From: Neocallimastix sp. 'constans'
Taxonomy: Eukaryota
DNA: 64,000 bases
Assembly (NCBI GenBank): GCA_050613775.1
Contig: JBODTK010000131.1
Coordinates: 372,001-436,000, forward strand
Reading direction: 5' to 3'
Under the pieces are notes generated by a model. It had not been told where the DNA came from and did not search any database. It worked only from the letters and a program-made list of their open reading frames with translations. Made by a program: the position numbers and the translations under genes. This document shows positions 25,889 through 39,480 of the stretch, in pieces. Within the stretch, counting starts at the first letter, position 1. Every line of letters starts with the position of its first letter.

Positions 25889-27301
25889 ATTAAAAATTTT
25901 TATATTTAAATATTTGATTTAAAATTTATTAAATAACTATAATGTATGATGTATATGATGTTGTATGTCTCATAATTAAAATCAAAAATCTTTTTCTTTA
26001 AGCATGCGCCACAACAATAAAATGAATGGACATAAATAAATTATTCCAGCTATTATTATTTTAATATTTTTTTTATGTCTTTTTATGTCCAAAAAAATAC
26101 TTAAAGATGAAATACTACAAAAATAATTAATATTTCAAAGGAAATAGAAATCGCTCTTTTTCTCTTTTTTCTAACTTTTCTTCTCATTAAAAAAAAAATC
26201 AATTTTTTATAAGAAGTTTACATATTAGAAGTAGATAAAACCATAATCAATCCACCAAGCGCATTACTACTACTCTAATAGAGAGAAACTAAAAAATATT
26301 GGATAAAAATAATTCTTCTAAATCACAAAATTAATAAAATTAAATAATAAATAAAGTTTGATTCTGTGATATCCCTGTAAACATTAATCTATTTCTAATA
26401 TATTTAACAATAACTAAATTTTAAAAACAAAACAGAAAAAAAAAAAAAAAAAAAAAAAAACTATGTATTAATATATAATAAAATTTAAAATTTAACCATA
26501 AAATTTCACCAAACCTTTAAAATATAATAATTTGGAAATATTAAAAGTTTAAAAATATTTTTTTTAGTTTTTAATGTACAAAAAAAAATATGATAAATCA
26601 TTTTATAATTAGAAAATTATACTATTAGAATTATTGAGTACCGTCTATCATTAGGATCAATTTTTTTTTTAATTAATATTATATACGATTTTCATAAATG
26701 ATATTTCTATTATATAATATTAACATATTTCTTTTCAAAAGATATATATAAAAATAGGGTTAGTCACATTATTAATGATGAAATTAATAATAACAAATCT
26801 TTGGAATATTTTTTTAATGAAATATATTTAGAATTATAATATTATTTATTATATTAGTGCCTCTTAAATAAAAAAAAGTATAAGGAAAAGGAAAAGAGAG
26901 ATGTATTGATCGTTTCTATTTTTGTTTCTGTTTTTTTTTTTTTTTTTAAAAAAAAAAAATAAACTTAAATTATTTTGCATTTATATTTATTTATATTTTA
27001 AATTTTTAATTTCCGCTATATTCCGCTATATTCTGCCTCCCCATAAGATTTTTTTTTTTTTGTTTATTATTGAAAACTCTCTATAAGCTGATGATGGCGA
27101 TGATTTAGCGGTCCTAATTCACAATGAATATAAAACGTTATCCAAAAAAAATATATATATATATATAAATATCTTTAAAATTATTTTTTTTTTTAACTAT
27201 TTTTTTAACTATTGATAATCAATTAATATTTATTTAAATAAACAAATATTAGAATTAAAAAGTTCATAATATACATTAGACCCCAAAAAAAATTCAAAAT
27301 T

Positions 27302-27340
<39 letters not shown>

Positions 27341-28649
27341 TTCATTAATTATATTTAAAAAAATCTAAATGGAAACAGTAAATCGTTATCAAGTGTACTA
27401 TCAAATACTTTAGACTTTTTTTTTTATTTTATTACTTTAAAATTATAATTTACTATATGACCTCATCAAAAATAATAAACATCTAAATTTTTTAATATTA
27501 TTATTTATCTTTTTATAGTTAAATCTTAATAGATATATTTTTTTTTTTGTTAAATAGGAATAATCATAGTAAATAATATAAAGTCAAAATGTTAATTTAT
27601 ATGTATATATATGTTTTATAGTTAACTCTATTGGATAAGTTATAATTGATACTAAATAATGAATACTACTTTCTTCTTACATATTATTGAAGGAAATAGT
27701 ACTTAAAAAGAAAACAGAAACTATAGTTTAAAGAATACTTCTTGTTTAGTTTGGAATATAGAAAAGAGTACTTAGGTTATTAGTAATTTTTTATGATATT
27801 TAGCTTGAAAAATATTTTGGAAAAAACATTTAAAAGATTATTATTATAAATAAAGATATTAATTGAAATGAAATAATATATTTTTTCTCTATAAAAACAA
27901 CCTGTATAACAAACAAGTACATTAAATAGTAATTAAAAAGAAAATAATATTAATAAAAAATTTAATTGAAAAAAATTAATGATTAAAATTTAAAATAAAA
28001 ATTAATTAAATTACCCAATTTAAAAAAAAAAAAAAAAAAAAAAAAACGAGTGAAAGAGAGAAAAGAAATCTACATTTCATACCATATATAGAGAATAAGA
28101 AAAATGAAAGGAAAATTTTTTTTTATTTTTTACTTTAAAATTTAAATTTACTAATTTTTTTTTTATTTATTATATTTTATTTTAAAATTTTTTAAACAAA
28201 TAAAAATAAATAAAATATAAATTAATATTTTCATATAATAAAATATAGAGGAATCAAAATTTTTAACAAATTTAATTTTGTGTTTTTTTTTTTTTTGTTC
28301 TATTCAAAAATGAGATGGCTTGTTGGTGGTAAAGACGATGAAAAAATTATTTCAATATTAGATTATATCATAAATAATAAAAATATAAAAACTCATATCA
28401 CTAATTAGAAAAATAGTGTAAAAATAAAGATATTAAGCGAAAAGTGAATGAAAAAAATTGTTTTGGTTAATATCTGCTTGAATTCGCATATGATAAGAAA
28501 AAAAAATTCTGTTATGGTAAAATTATAATTTTTTAAAACTGCTCATTTTATTATTATTATTTATTATTTATTATTTATTATTTATTATTTATTATTTATT
28601 ATTTATTATTTATTATTTATTATTAATTATTTATTATTATTTATTTATT

Positions 28650-28935
28650 ATTAGAAAATTTGAATTTATATGATAATTTTCATTAAATGAATATATTATG
28701 TTTAAGGGTTATTTGAGTTACTTATATTATTACGTTAACTAAAAGATTTAAACTAATACGAATTTACATGTATTTATATGCTTATATTGTGGATTATATA
28801 TTTAATTTATTACAATATGTATTAATATATTTGACATGCATTAAATAGGCTTCAAAAAAGTTATTTAATATGCTTTTAATTAAATATGACACTTGATTAT
28901 TGTTAGAATATGTGGAAACATATGAAATTAAGTTA
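28650..28935. mobile_element. Degenerate solo LTR related to 15536-15773
   Basis: ~28740-28890 is reverse-complement-similar to ~15565-15705. 28901-28932 (TGTTAGAATATGTGGAAACATATGAAATTA) matches the LTR start in forward orientation. Confidence 0.55.
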
Positions 28936-29459
28936 CACTCTTTTATTTATTTTTTTAATAACAAAAAAATAAAAAACAGTATAATAACTATTAAATTTTT
29001 ATTAGTATAAGAAAAAAAGAAAATTTTTTTTATTGAAGGAAGATAATTATTTAATATTTTATATTTATTATGATTTAGTTTAAATATTTTTTTTTTTTTA
29101 TAAAATAATAATATTAAAAAAAAAAAAACGAATTTTCATATTTTAAAAAAGTATTTCTTATCTTATTATTCTCTTATAAAAATGATTATCATATATAAAA
29201 AATATAAAAGTAAAAAAAATTAAAAACTAAAATTAAAATAGAAGTAAATAAAACTTTATTTATTTACTTAAAAAAAATTTTTTTTTAATATTTATTTATA
29301 AATATTTTTAATTTAAGAAATTTTTCCTTTATATGTATTAAAAGCGCAGCTTCTTCAATTTATTTAATATTATATATTATTAATATGATTTATTATTATT
29401 ATTATTAAATTCTTATTATAAAATTTTTTATTATTAATTATTGTTTATTATTATTATTA

Positions 29460-29492
<33 letters not shown>

Positions 29493-29530
29493 TTGATTTG
29501 GCCCAAGTACACTTTTTTTTTTTTTTAATT

Positions 29531-29562
<32 letters not shown>

Positions 29563-30734
29563 TTTTTTTTGTTTAAATCTTCTTTCATTAAATTTGTTAC
29601 TTTTAATACCATTTTTGAATGTATAAAAAAAAAAAAAAAAATTAATTAATGCTTCTTATGTTATACAGGTTAATAATAAAATCAACTTTTATTATTTACA
29701 TAAAAAAAATAACATTCATTTAAATAGTAATATCTTAATGGATGATATTAACTTTTTTATTTTTGGTATTTAGAACAGGTGGAATATTTTTAGTATAATT
29801 AAAGTTAATTGATATTTAAATTATAAGAATAAAAATAAAATTGAGATAATTGTTGGGTTAGAGTTAATACAAAATTCATGGATAACATTTTGTATTACAT
29901 TTTGTATTACATTTTTTAATAATTATATTACATATTTAAATGTAAATATCATGAAATAGATATAAAATAAAATAATATTTTATATGATAATTTTATTTTA
30001 TTTTTATAATAAATTTTATTTATTTTTATTATAAAATAAATCTATTCAATAATTTTCTAAAAGATTCTAAAGGAATTCTTTAGAATGATAAAGAATTCCA
30101 AAAAAAAGACTTTTTAATAAGTTTTAATATTTTAATTCATTTCATTTTTATTTTATTTTTATTTCATTTTATTATTAAATAGTTTTATTTTTAAATAGTT
30201 TTATTTTTAAATTTGTTTTTAGTCTTTTTTAAAAAATTTTATACAAAAAATAAATATATAAATAAATATAAATAAATAAATATATATTATTTAATAATTA
30301 TTTACATATTAATATTTATGAATAGATGTAGATATAAAGAGATATTTAAAAAAAAAATAACATAAATTTAATACTTTTTATTTATTTTATTATAATGGAA
30401 TACCCTATATAATAATTAAAAAAACATTAATAGCAAATAAGAGATTAATAACAATTCATGAATAAATAATAAATTTATTTTTAAAGATAAATAATTTATT
30501 CATCATGAATAAATAACAAATTTTTTTTTTTAATGATCAATAATTTATGAAGTGATATTGAATTTTTTTATATTTATTTTAATATAATATATTTTAAATC
30601 AGATCGTACTTTATTGTTAAATACAATTATTTATTTTATTTTATTTTATTTTATTTTATATAAATATATAAGCTTTAACTTTTTTTATTTCAATTCTTAT
30701 TATTCATATTTTTACTTCCAAATATATTTAACAG

Positions 30735-32244
30735 GGTTAGATCTTTATATAATGAATTAATAAATATTTATGATAGTTTAAGTGAATTATATTCAATTAA
30801 TGATATTGAATAATAATTAAAACTAGTACCGATAGTGAAATGGTTCATGAATTATGTAATGCCATAACTAATAAAATTAGTATCGAAAATTCATAAGATG
30901 AAAATGTTAAATCTTCTAATAATTCTTTGAAGGTTCCTAGATTAGAACGTGTAGAAAATAGAGATTTAATAAATAAAATTAAAGATAATTCCATTTCAAG
31001 TGAGGATAAAAAATATATTTTGAAAGGTATGGAACATGCAATAAATAATTCTCAAGAAAAAAATTTAGATAATCAATTGTATAAAAATATTAACAATATT
31101 AACGCACATATTACTAATCAAATTGAGCAATTAAAGCAATTTTCATCACCTATTGGTCATGAATTAGCAACTACAAATATAGTATCTTTGTCATCAGCTT
31201 ATAATGACTTAGCGACAATTGTCATTTATAATAATAAAATATATAGTAATGATATAAATAATAATTATCCTATTAATATTCTTGAATTTGATAATGAATT
31301 TAATGATAGTGTAAATTATATCATAAATAAACCTTACAATGAGGCTATGCTAAATATTGCTATGAATAACTCTGCACTTTACAATAGTGATCTTGAAATT
31401 AATTCTGGTAATAAGTACAATTGGGGAGGTAATACAGTATACGAAGTATCAAATTCCTTTTTGTCGAAATTTGCTAAAGACAAAAATTCGTTTAGTAGTA
31501 AAAATGAATTTACCTCTAATTTTATAGCAAATGCGGATGGTGCTTCCTATATTATGTTAAAACAATCTTATTAAATTAAATACAATTATATCAACTATCA
31601 GTCACATGGTATTAGAAGTCTAAGTGATGTAAATGACTTAGAGCATAACTATAATAGATTAGGGTTTAATCATGCTCAAAGAAATATACAATCCATTGAT
31701 ACTTATCATAGTACTCAATTTTTCAGTGCTTTATATGTTGTAGCTCAATATAATCCTAATTTAACGCCATCATCAACTAAAGACGATAATAATAATAATA
31801 ATAAAAATTAATACATTATATAAAGGAGCTTCGAATTATAAAGAGATGTTCGATGAAATGAATAACTATGAAGAAAGTTTAAGGAATAATAATAAATTAA
31901 CAAATGAAATAAAAAATCAAATAAATATTGCTTCTAATACGTTTGTAGCTGATATTCAAATTACTTCTTATAAACTTGCTAAAATGGCTGGGCGTGAAAG
32001 TCAAACCACTTTTAGTACATTTGTTAATAAACTTAGTTATACTATTGCTCATGCATCTAATTATTTGAAAAGTAATGCTGCTTTATTAAACAATAATCAT
32101 AATTTACCTCAAATAAAATTCAACCAAAATACTTTAAATACAGTCCATAATTATAATCTTAATAGAAATAATATTAATAAAAATAATAAAGAATTGAGAA
32201 TATCACACAATAAATCAATAATTAAAACGGCTAGTAAAAAATAA
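30735..32244 (+). pseudogene. Disrupted terminal exon of a large Asn-rich protein of unknown family
   Basis: Coding-like sequence follows a TAACAG acceptor. ORF 30927-31574 continues in frame past one TAA for about 78 more codons, then shifts frame at an (AAT)n tract into ORF 31846-32244. Confidence 0.65.
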
Positions 32245-33225
32245 AAATATATAAATAAATTTTAAAGAAAATGTTTTAAAACTCATTTTCAAAAATAATA
32301 AAAGTAAATATAATAAAAAAAAATTAGTTTAATATAAATTATATATAATTTATATTCCGAGACATTATAAAACTTACTATTATTTTATAAATAATTTATA
32401 TTGTAATTAACAAAGAAAAAATATATATTTCTATATAATAATATTTAAATAATTTAAATATGAATATTATAAATAATGGTATTGAAAAATAAATTATATT
32501 TTTAATTTATTTTTTTAAAAATTTATAAATAAAATATTATTATTACTTAATATAATATCAAGTATAATATTTATTTTCTTTTAAGCTATATATATAATAT
32601 TTAAAAAAAAAATTATTAAATTAATTAAATTATGAAATATAATGTCATTAATATTTTATTAAATTTAACTATTCTAGAACTGTGATTTTTAATTTATATT
32701 TTTTGAAAAGTATATTAGTATATTTATATATTCTATTTTTATTTTATTTTTAAAATTCAATATTAAAAAGTATTTTTAATAGAAATAAATAATTATAAAT
32801 ATATCATATACTTTTAAGGTATATTAAATAAAATAATTATTGAATATATAATTATTTATTTAATTTTTTAAATATTAAAAAATTTAATATAAACTGTAAT
32901 AATATAATAATTTTAAAATTTTTTATTTTAATTTTATTAAACACCAAAAGTAAATATTGAGAAAATTAGATATATTTTTAGCGGAGCATTTTATATATAA
33001 TACTTAATATTTAATTTTATTTTATCTTTATTTTTTTATAATTACAAAAGTGTATATTTTTGACAAGGTTACATTTTATTTCTTTTAAAATTTTATTTAA
33101 ATATAATAATATTCTGGTTGGGTAAATTATATTAAAGTCATTATTAAGTATTTATTTTTTTTATATTCTAACATTCCTCCTAAAATATGACTTTCCTAAA
33201 ATGTCATATTTTTATTTATATTATT

Positions 33226-36200
33226 TCAAATAAAATATAAATCATCAATTTTGGTTAATAAAGAATTTCTAAATTTATCCATTAATGTCCCATTTAAATA
33301 CTTCGTAAACCCATCAGCGAGATTGTTTTCAGATTTTATATATTTAAGATAGATTTTATTTTCTTTGACTATTTCTCTTATGTAATGAACCCTAATGTCT
33401 ACATGTTTAGTTTTTGGGTTGATAGTTTGATTTTTAGCATTATAAATAGCTGCTTTATTGTCAACATTTACTTTAATATTTTTAATATTTAAGTTCAATT
33501 CTTCGTTTAAACTTAAGTACCATATACATTGTTTACCACATTCACTAAGACTGTAATATTCGGACTCGGCTGTTGAAGTCGATATGGATTTTTGTAACTT
33601 TGAACACCAGCTTGTTGGTGCACCACCAAATATTATTAAGAATCCTGTTGTTGAATGTTTAGTTTCCAAGTCACCTCCGTAATCCGAATCGACATATGCT
33701 TTAACATTTGGATTATTTGTAAAATTTATTCCAAATTTTTTAGTTCCTTTTAAATATCTTAATATTCTCATTACGTTATTCCAGTTTTCCATATTTGGTT
33801 CCTTTGCTCTTCTAGCTGCTTTTGATACAGAGAAGATAATGTCGGGTCTTGTACATATACTGAGATATAATAAATTTCCTATTATGCTTCTATATTTTGT
33901 TTCATCTACTTTTACTTTCCTAAGACCTTCATTTTCAATTGGAGTCATAATTCTAAGAGGTGTACAATTTTTCATATTAAACTTAGAAAATAATTCATCT
34001 ATATATCTGTGTTGATGTAAAAAGTAACTATTTTTATGTTTTATATATTTTATTCCAATAATATAATCAACATTACCTATATCTTTCATTTTGAACTTTT
34101 TCTCAATTTATAATTTTAAACTTTCTATTGTTTTCTTTGATGCTGATATTAAAATATCATCCACATATATAGCTAACATACTTAAAAGTTTTCCTTAATT
34201 AAATTTAACGTTCAGACAAATTTCACTTATAAGTCTTTTATATCCAATTTTTATTAGATAGCCATTTAATTTAATTTATCATTCCACTTGGCACCACTTT
34301 GTTTCAGTCCATATATTGCATTCTTCAATTTCCAAAATTTCTTATTGTAATCTTCATGTCCTTTGGGTGGTTTCATATACAAATCTTCAATTAATTCAGC
34401 ATTTAAATAGGCGGCAGTTATATCTATTTGGTTTATTTCAAAATTGTTCTGAGTGGCAATTGCTGTAAAAATTCTTATTGAATCCTGTTTTAAGGTAGGT
34501 GTAAAGGTTTCTTTATAATCTTTGCTACTAATCTTGATTTTCTTTTGATTATTTCTCCATTTGAGTTTCGTTTGAATTTAAAAATCCATCTTGATGATAT
34601 TAAGTTTGCGTTATTAGGTATTTTATCAATTGTTTCATATACTCTTAGATTTCTCATATTGTTGAGTTCATTATCGACTGATTTTAACCATTCATTTTTA
34701 TCATTTAAATTAAAGATATCATCATAATTATTTGGTTCTCGTAATTCTTTTAATAATTTTTGTTTTTTGTTATTTAAATTTAATATGAAGGTTTCATTTT
34801 TATTTCTTTTTCCTAAATGTATAGAAGATTCTATGTTAAATAATTTGTTATTCATTAAGTTATTAATAATTCGTTGTTCATTGTTGTTATCGTTATTATT
34901 GTTTGAGTTATAGATTTCTGTATTTGAATTACTGTGATTGTTTTTATTATTGACAGTGATCATATTGTCGTTTTTATTAATATTATTATTTATTTTGTTA
35001 TTGTTGCTGTTGGTAGTGTTGTTGTTGCTGTTTGTATTATTGTTGTTATTAATTATATTGTTGCTTGTGTTATTGTTATTATTATTGTTGTTGTTGTTAA
35101 TGTTATTATCTTGAGATTCTATATTATTTTTATAATCTTTGTTTTGATTATTATTAATATATTTGGTGTTGTTATTATTATCGTTTCTTTTTTTGTTATA
35201 TGTTCTTTTATTTTTAATTTGATTGTTTTTACTTAGTATATTATTTTCATTAATTTGAGTATGATTGTCTAATATTTGAATATTATTTGACTTATTGTTA
35301 TTATATTGATAATACGGATTATTATTGTTAATATTATTGAAGTCTTTGCTTGGTTTATATCATACGTGTTATCATAAAAGTAGGTATTATCATTCCTCCT
35401 TATTATATAATTGGTAATAAAATTTGAGATGTCATTATCGCAATGAGATAAATGTGAATTTCCTGATGTAAATTCAAAGAATTCAACATTTCGTGAAATT
35501 ATAATTTTATTTTTTGTTATATCAAGAATTTTGTATGCTGTGGGATTATCAACATACCCCAAGAATATGCCAGGAGATGAATTATTTTGAAATTTGGTAT
35601 GGAATAGTTTTGGAATGTAATAAAAAACTTTAAATCCGAAGACGCGTATGTTTGAATAATCAACTTTGTTATTGGTTAGAAGTTCATATGGAATTTTATT
35701 AATTATCCCTTTATGAGGGATTCGATTATGAATGTAGTTGGAAGTAGAGACGGTGTCTTCCCAAAATTGTAATCTCAGTTTTGAGTCATTTTACATTGAC
35801 TTTGCAGAATTGATTATAGTGCCGTTGAATCGTTCAATCCTACCATTTTGTTGTGAGTGATAGGGAAAAGTAAATTGATGTTGTATTCCAAAGTCAATGC
35901 AGAATTGTTTAAAATTTTTGTTGTTAAATTCGGTGCCATTAACTGTACGGATATATTGAATTCTTTTGTTAAATTGATTTTTAATTTTATTAAACCAATT
36001 ATGGAAGTGATAAAAAGTTTCTGATTTACTCTTCATAAAGAGAGTCCACCCAAATCTTGAATGGTCATCCAAAATGTTTAAGATATATTTATTGTCATAG
36101 AGAGAGTTTTGTATTGGACCTATAAGATCCATGTATATGAGTTGAAATATATTTTTAGCTCTATTATGTGATGATTTGAAAGGCTTATTTTTAAGTTTTG

Positions 36201-37867
36201 AATAACTACAAATAGCGCACTTTGAGTTTATGTCGATTTTTAAAATTTTATTTTTGATACTATTGATATTGAAATAAGCAAAACGACGATGCCATAAATT
36301 TAGTTTATCAATTGATTTCAAATGTGCATAATTAACTTTAACCAAATTATTATTATGTTGGTTGTTTTGAAAATTTAATGGTTGAGTTGAAATCCAAAAT
36401 TTAAATGTATTAGATTGGTTCGATTTAATTAATAATATTCTTTGATTGTTTTCGTCATAAATTAGTGCGTATGATTTATTATTAGTATTATTGAAAATTA
36501 TTTTGTATCCTTGTTGTATAAGATTTCCAATAGATAATAAATTTTTATTTATTTTTGGTGAGTAATAAACATTCTTAATGGTTATTTTATGATTACTAAT
36601 GTATTCTATGAAATCTCCTTAAATTGTGTTGATATAACTTGATTATTAGCTAAATAAACTTTGTCATTACACTTTTGAATATTATGTAATTTATTTAAAT
36701 GACCAGTGATATTTATTGATGCGCCAGAGTCCAATATCCAACACATCATTTCTTTTTGTTTATTTTCTTCGTTTTGTTTATTTATTTCGGCAAAATTAAT
36801 ATCAAGATTTTCTTGAGAATTGTAATCCTTGGTAAAAGCAAAGACATAGCTTGTATCGTACCTTTCTTTTTCCATGAAATTTGCATAATTTCTACGTTTA
36901 TTATATTTTCTTTTAAAATTATTTCTTCTCCGTTTGAAAATTTTTCTTCTTTTGTTATTATTTTTATCATCTCTTCTAATTTTACAGTTATAAAAGAAAT
37001 GGCCTCATTTACTACAGTAATTACATCTACCATTTTTAGTCTTTTTAGTAAATGTTTTTATTTTAGTAAGTTTTTCTTATTTGTATTAATGTTAGTATTA
37101 TTTTCTATTAAAAAATATTTGATTATTTTGATTATTTGTTAAGGATTCTTTTAAGTTTGAAGAGATGATTTCAGGCAATACATCCTTAACATATTCACTA
37201 CATTTATTCCAATCATTTTAAATTGGAACACATTAATCCAATGGAGTTCTTCTGGGAGACTTCTGTTAAGGATTCCCACTTTAACACTTGATTTAATGTC
37301 ATTATCTATTTTCTCGAGTTCATCAATAGTGTTCTGTAGTCCAGAAATAAAAATATTGATATCCACTTCTGGGTTATACTTCAAATTATCGAGCTTATTT
37401 TTAAGTTCTAATTTACGCGTGTTGATGTTTTTGGTAAAAGATCTTTTTAGAATCTTCCACAATTCAAAGGCAGTTTTATTTGATCTTTGCACAATGTCTT
37501 GGGTTTTTTCTCCAATACTGTTTAGGACGATCCATTTTGTTTTAATATCGTTTTTGATATCAACTACATTGGTGTTTTTGTCATACACCAATGTGTCATC
37601 AAATTCATCTTCGATATACTCAGATAGGTCATCTTGTATATCTCTTTTCCTTAACTTCTTAACCTTTTCTTTGGTGATATAACCAACTAGATTGTTAATT
37701 GAAAATAGATGAAGGATTTTGGTTCTCCATCTATTATAGTTTTCAGTATTTAATTCAACTGCTCTGTTAAAATTTTCAGAGCAGTTAAATTTAATTGTTG
37801 GCCTGATGTCAATGGGTTCTTCAATGGTATTTACTTCATTTCTATTGTTTCTTCTTGTGTTAGCCAT
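33226..37867 (-). pseudogene. copia gag-pol, fragmented
   Basis: gag 37151-37867; CCHC knuckle CNYCSK*GHFFYNC (~37000); protease WILDSGAS; LWHRRF plus integrase core (35791-36345); RT SSRWIFK..KSRLVA, QIDITAAYLNA, YVDDIL; RNase H YVDSDYGG..STAESEY..NLADGFTK. Multiple stops and frameshifts. Confidence 0.95.
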
Positions 37868-38373
37868 TGTGGAGAGTTTTAAATTAATTTATTTTTTTTT
37901 TAATAATTTATTAATATTTTATATTATGCAAATATTTTTTAAATAATAATTGATGAGTGATATGTTGTATATCTGGATTGTTTATTTATACATATTCAAT
38001 ATATTGATTAAAATCTTATTCTATTTTCATTAAATAAATGTAAATTGAAATAAATATTGTTTAATATTTCTATGATGATTTATAATAAACTTTAATAATA
38101 TATATTTTTTGATAATTGGTTAAGTTATATTTATTACTTAATAAAAAAAAGGGTTATAAAATAATATATTTCAGAATTATGATTGGTTTCTATTTTTATC
38201 TTATTTTTAATGTAATATTTTTCATTATGCCATTTGAAATTAATTTAATTAAACATTTATATTATTGGTTTTTTATGTTTGAAAAAGGTATTTATACTTG
38301 ATTTACATTTATTAATATTGGAAAAAAAAATATATATTTTTTTTTATTTTTATTGTTAATAATTGACAATAAT

Positions 38374-38626
38374 ATTTTCAGTTCAAATTAATTATTTGAC
38401 TGACCATATGATTTTCAGTTCAAATTAATTATTTGACTGACCATATGATTTTCAGTTCAAATTAATTATTTGACTGACCATATGATTTTCAGTTCAAATT
38501 AATTATTTGACTGACCATATGATTTTCAGTTCAAATTAATTATTTGACTGACCATATGATTTTCAGTTCAAATTAATTATTTGACTGACCATATGATTTT
38601 CAGTTCAAATTAATTATTTGACTGAC
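38374..38626. repeat. 37-bp tandem repeat (6 perfect units plus a partial 7th) in the copia 5' leader
   Basis: Unit ATTTTCAGTTCAAATTAATTATTTGACTGACCATATG, head-to-tail with no spacers. A diverged copy lies at ~38697-38727. Confidence 0.95.
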
Positions 38627-39053
38627 TATTTTATTATTTTATTTTTATTAATATTTTTTATTTTATTTCAATATAAAATTTTATTGATTATACTATTTTT
38701 CAGTTCGAATAATAATTTGACTGACTATAATACATATGTATATTTTTATATATAATGAATAATGATATTATTAAATTGTATTAATCCCTCATAAATTTAT
38801 TTTTAAAAATATTTTTGATAATATATTTTGATTCAATTATTACGAAAATGAAAAAATTAATTATATAGATTATAATTAATTAAATTATTTCTTTGCTAAT
38901 TCAAAGTTAGACGTTTATATTGATAAATATAAAAATGATTTTGAATATTAAAAATAAGAAAGTTTTAGTTCAATTTATTTATAAGATGAATATATTTATA
39001 TATATTAATTATGTAAATTATAACTTAACTTATGGTTAAGTTCAGTTGTAGGG

Positions 39054-39067
39054 TGAGACTCTTAATC
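39054..39067 (-). other. Primer-binding site complementary to the anticodon arm of tRNA-Lys(CUU)
   Basis: Plus strand TGAGACTCTTAATC abuts the 5' LTR and matches the recalled eukaryotic tRNA-Lys(CUU) anticodon stem-loop. Confidence 0.7.
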
Positions 39068-39480
39068 TATTAAATACCAAAAGAAAATATTGAGAAAATT
39101 AGATATATTTTTATTGTAGCATTTTATATATAATACTTAATATTTAATTTTATTTTATCTTTATTTTTTTATAATTACAAAAGTGTATATTTTTGACAAG
39201 GTTACATTTTATTTCTTTTATAATTTTATTTAAATATAATAATATTCTGATTGGCTAAATTATATTAAAGTCATTATTATGTATTTATTTTTTTTTATAT
39301 TCTAACAAATTTAAGATGATTTAATTAAAAATATTCAAAAAAAAAAAAAAAAAAAAATATATTAATTTTTAATTTGGTTTAATATAGATTATATAAAAAA
39401 TATTTAATATGTTTATATAATTTAAAATTAATATAAATATATAATATATATTACTAAAGTTAAATTATATAAATATTAAA

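Larger units (their letters stand above)
32935..39307 (-). mobile_element. Full-length Ty1/copia LTR retrotransposon, coding region disrupted
   Basis: Direct-repeat LTRs 39068-39307 (5') and 32935-33173 (3'); AATTT on both flanks (32930-34, 39308-12); PPT-like TAGGAGGAA just before the 3' LTR; domain order gag-PR-IN-RT-RH. Confidence 0.95.

Noticed and set aside
27010..27130. GC-richer island with TGATGA, a possible C/D snoRNA
   Set aside because: No convincing D box or terminal stem; cannot be supported.
34545..37682. Plus-strand ORFs within the copia element
   Set aside because: Antisense shadows of gag-pol and its Asn-rich linker.
38374..38626. 37-bp palindromic repeats resembling a CRISPR array
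   Set aside because: Units are contiguous with no unique spacers, no cas genes are present, the context is eukaryotic, and the array lies inside a copia leader.
39034..39067. tRNA-Lys gene or pseudogene
   Set aside because: Only the 5' half is represented and it stops exactly at the LTR edge, so it is better explained as a PBS.
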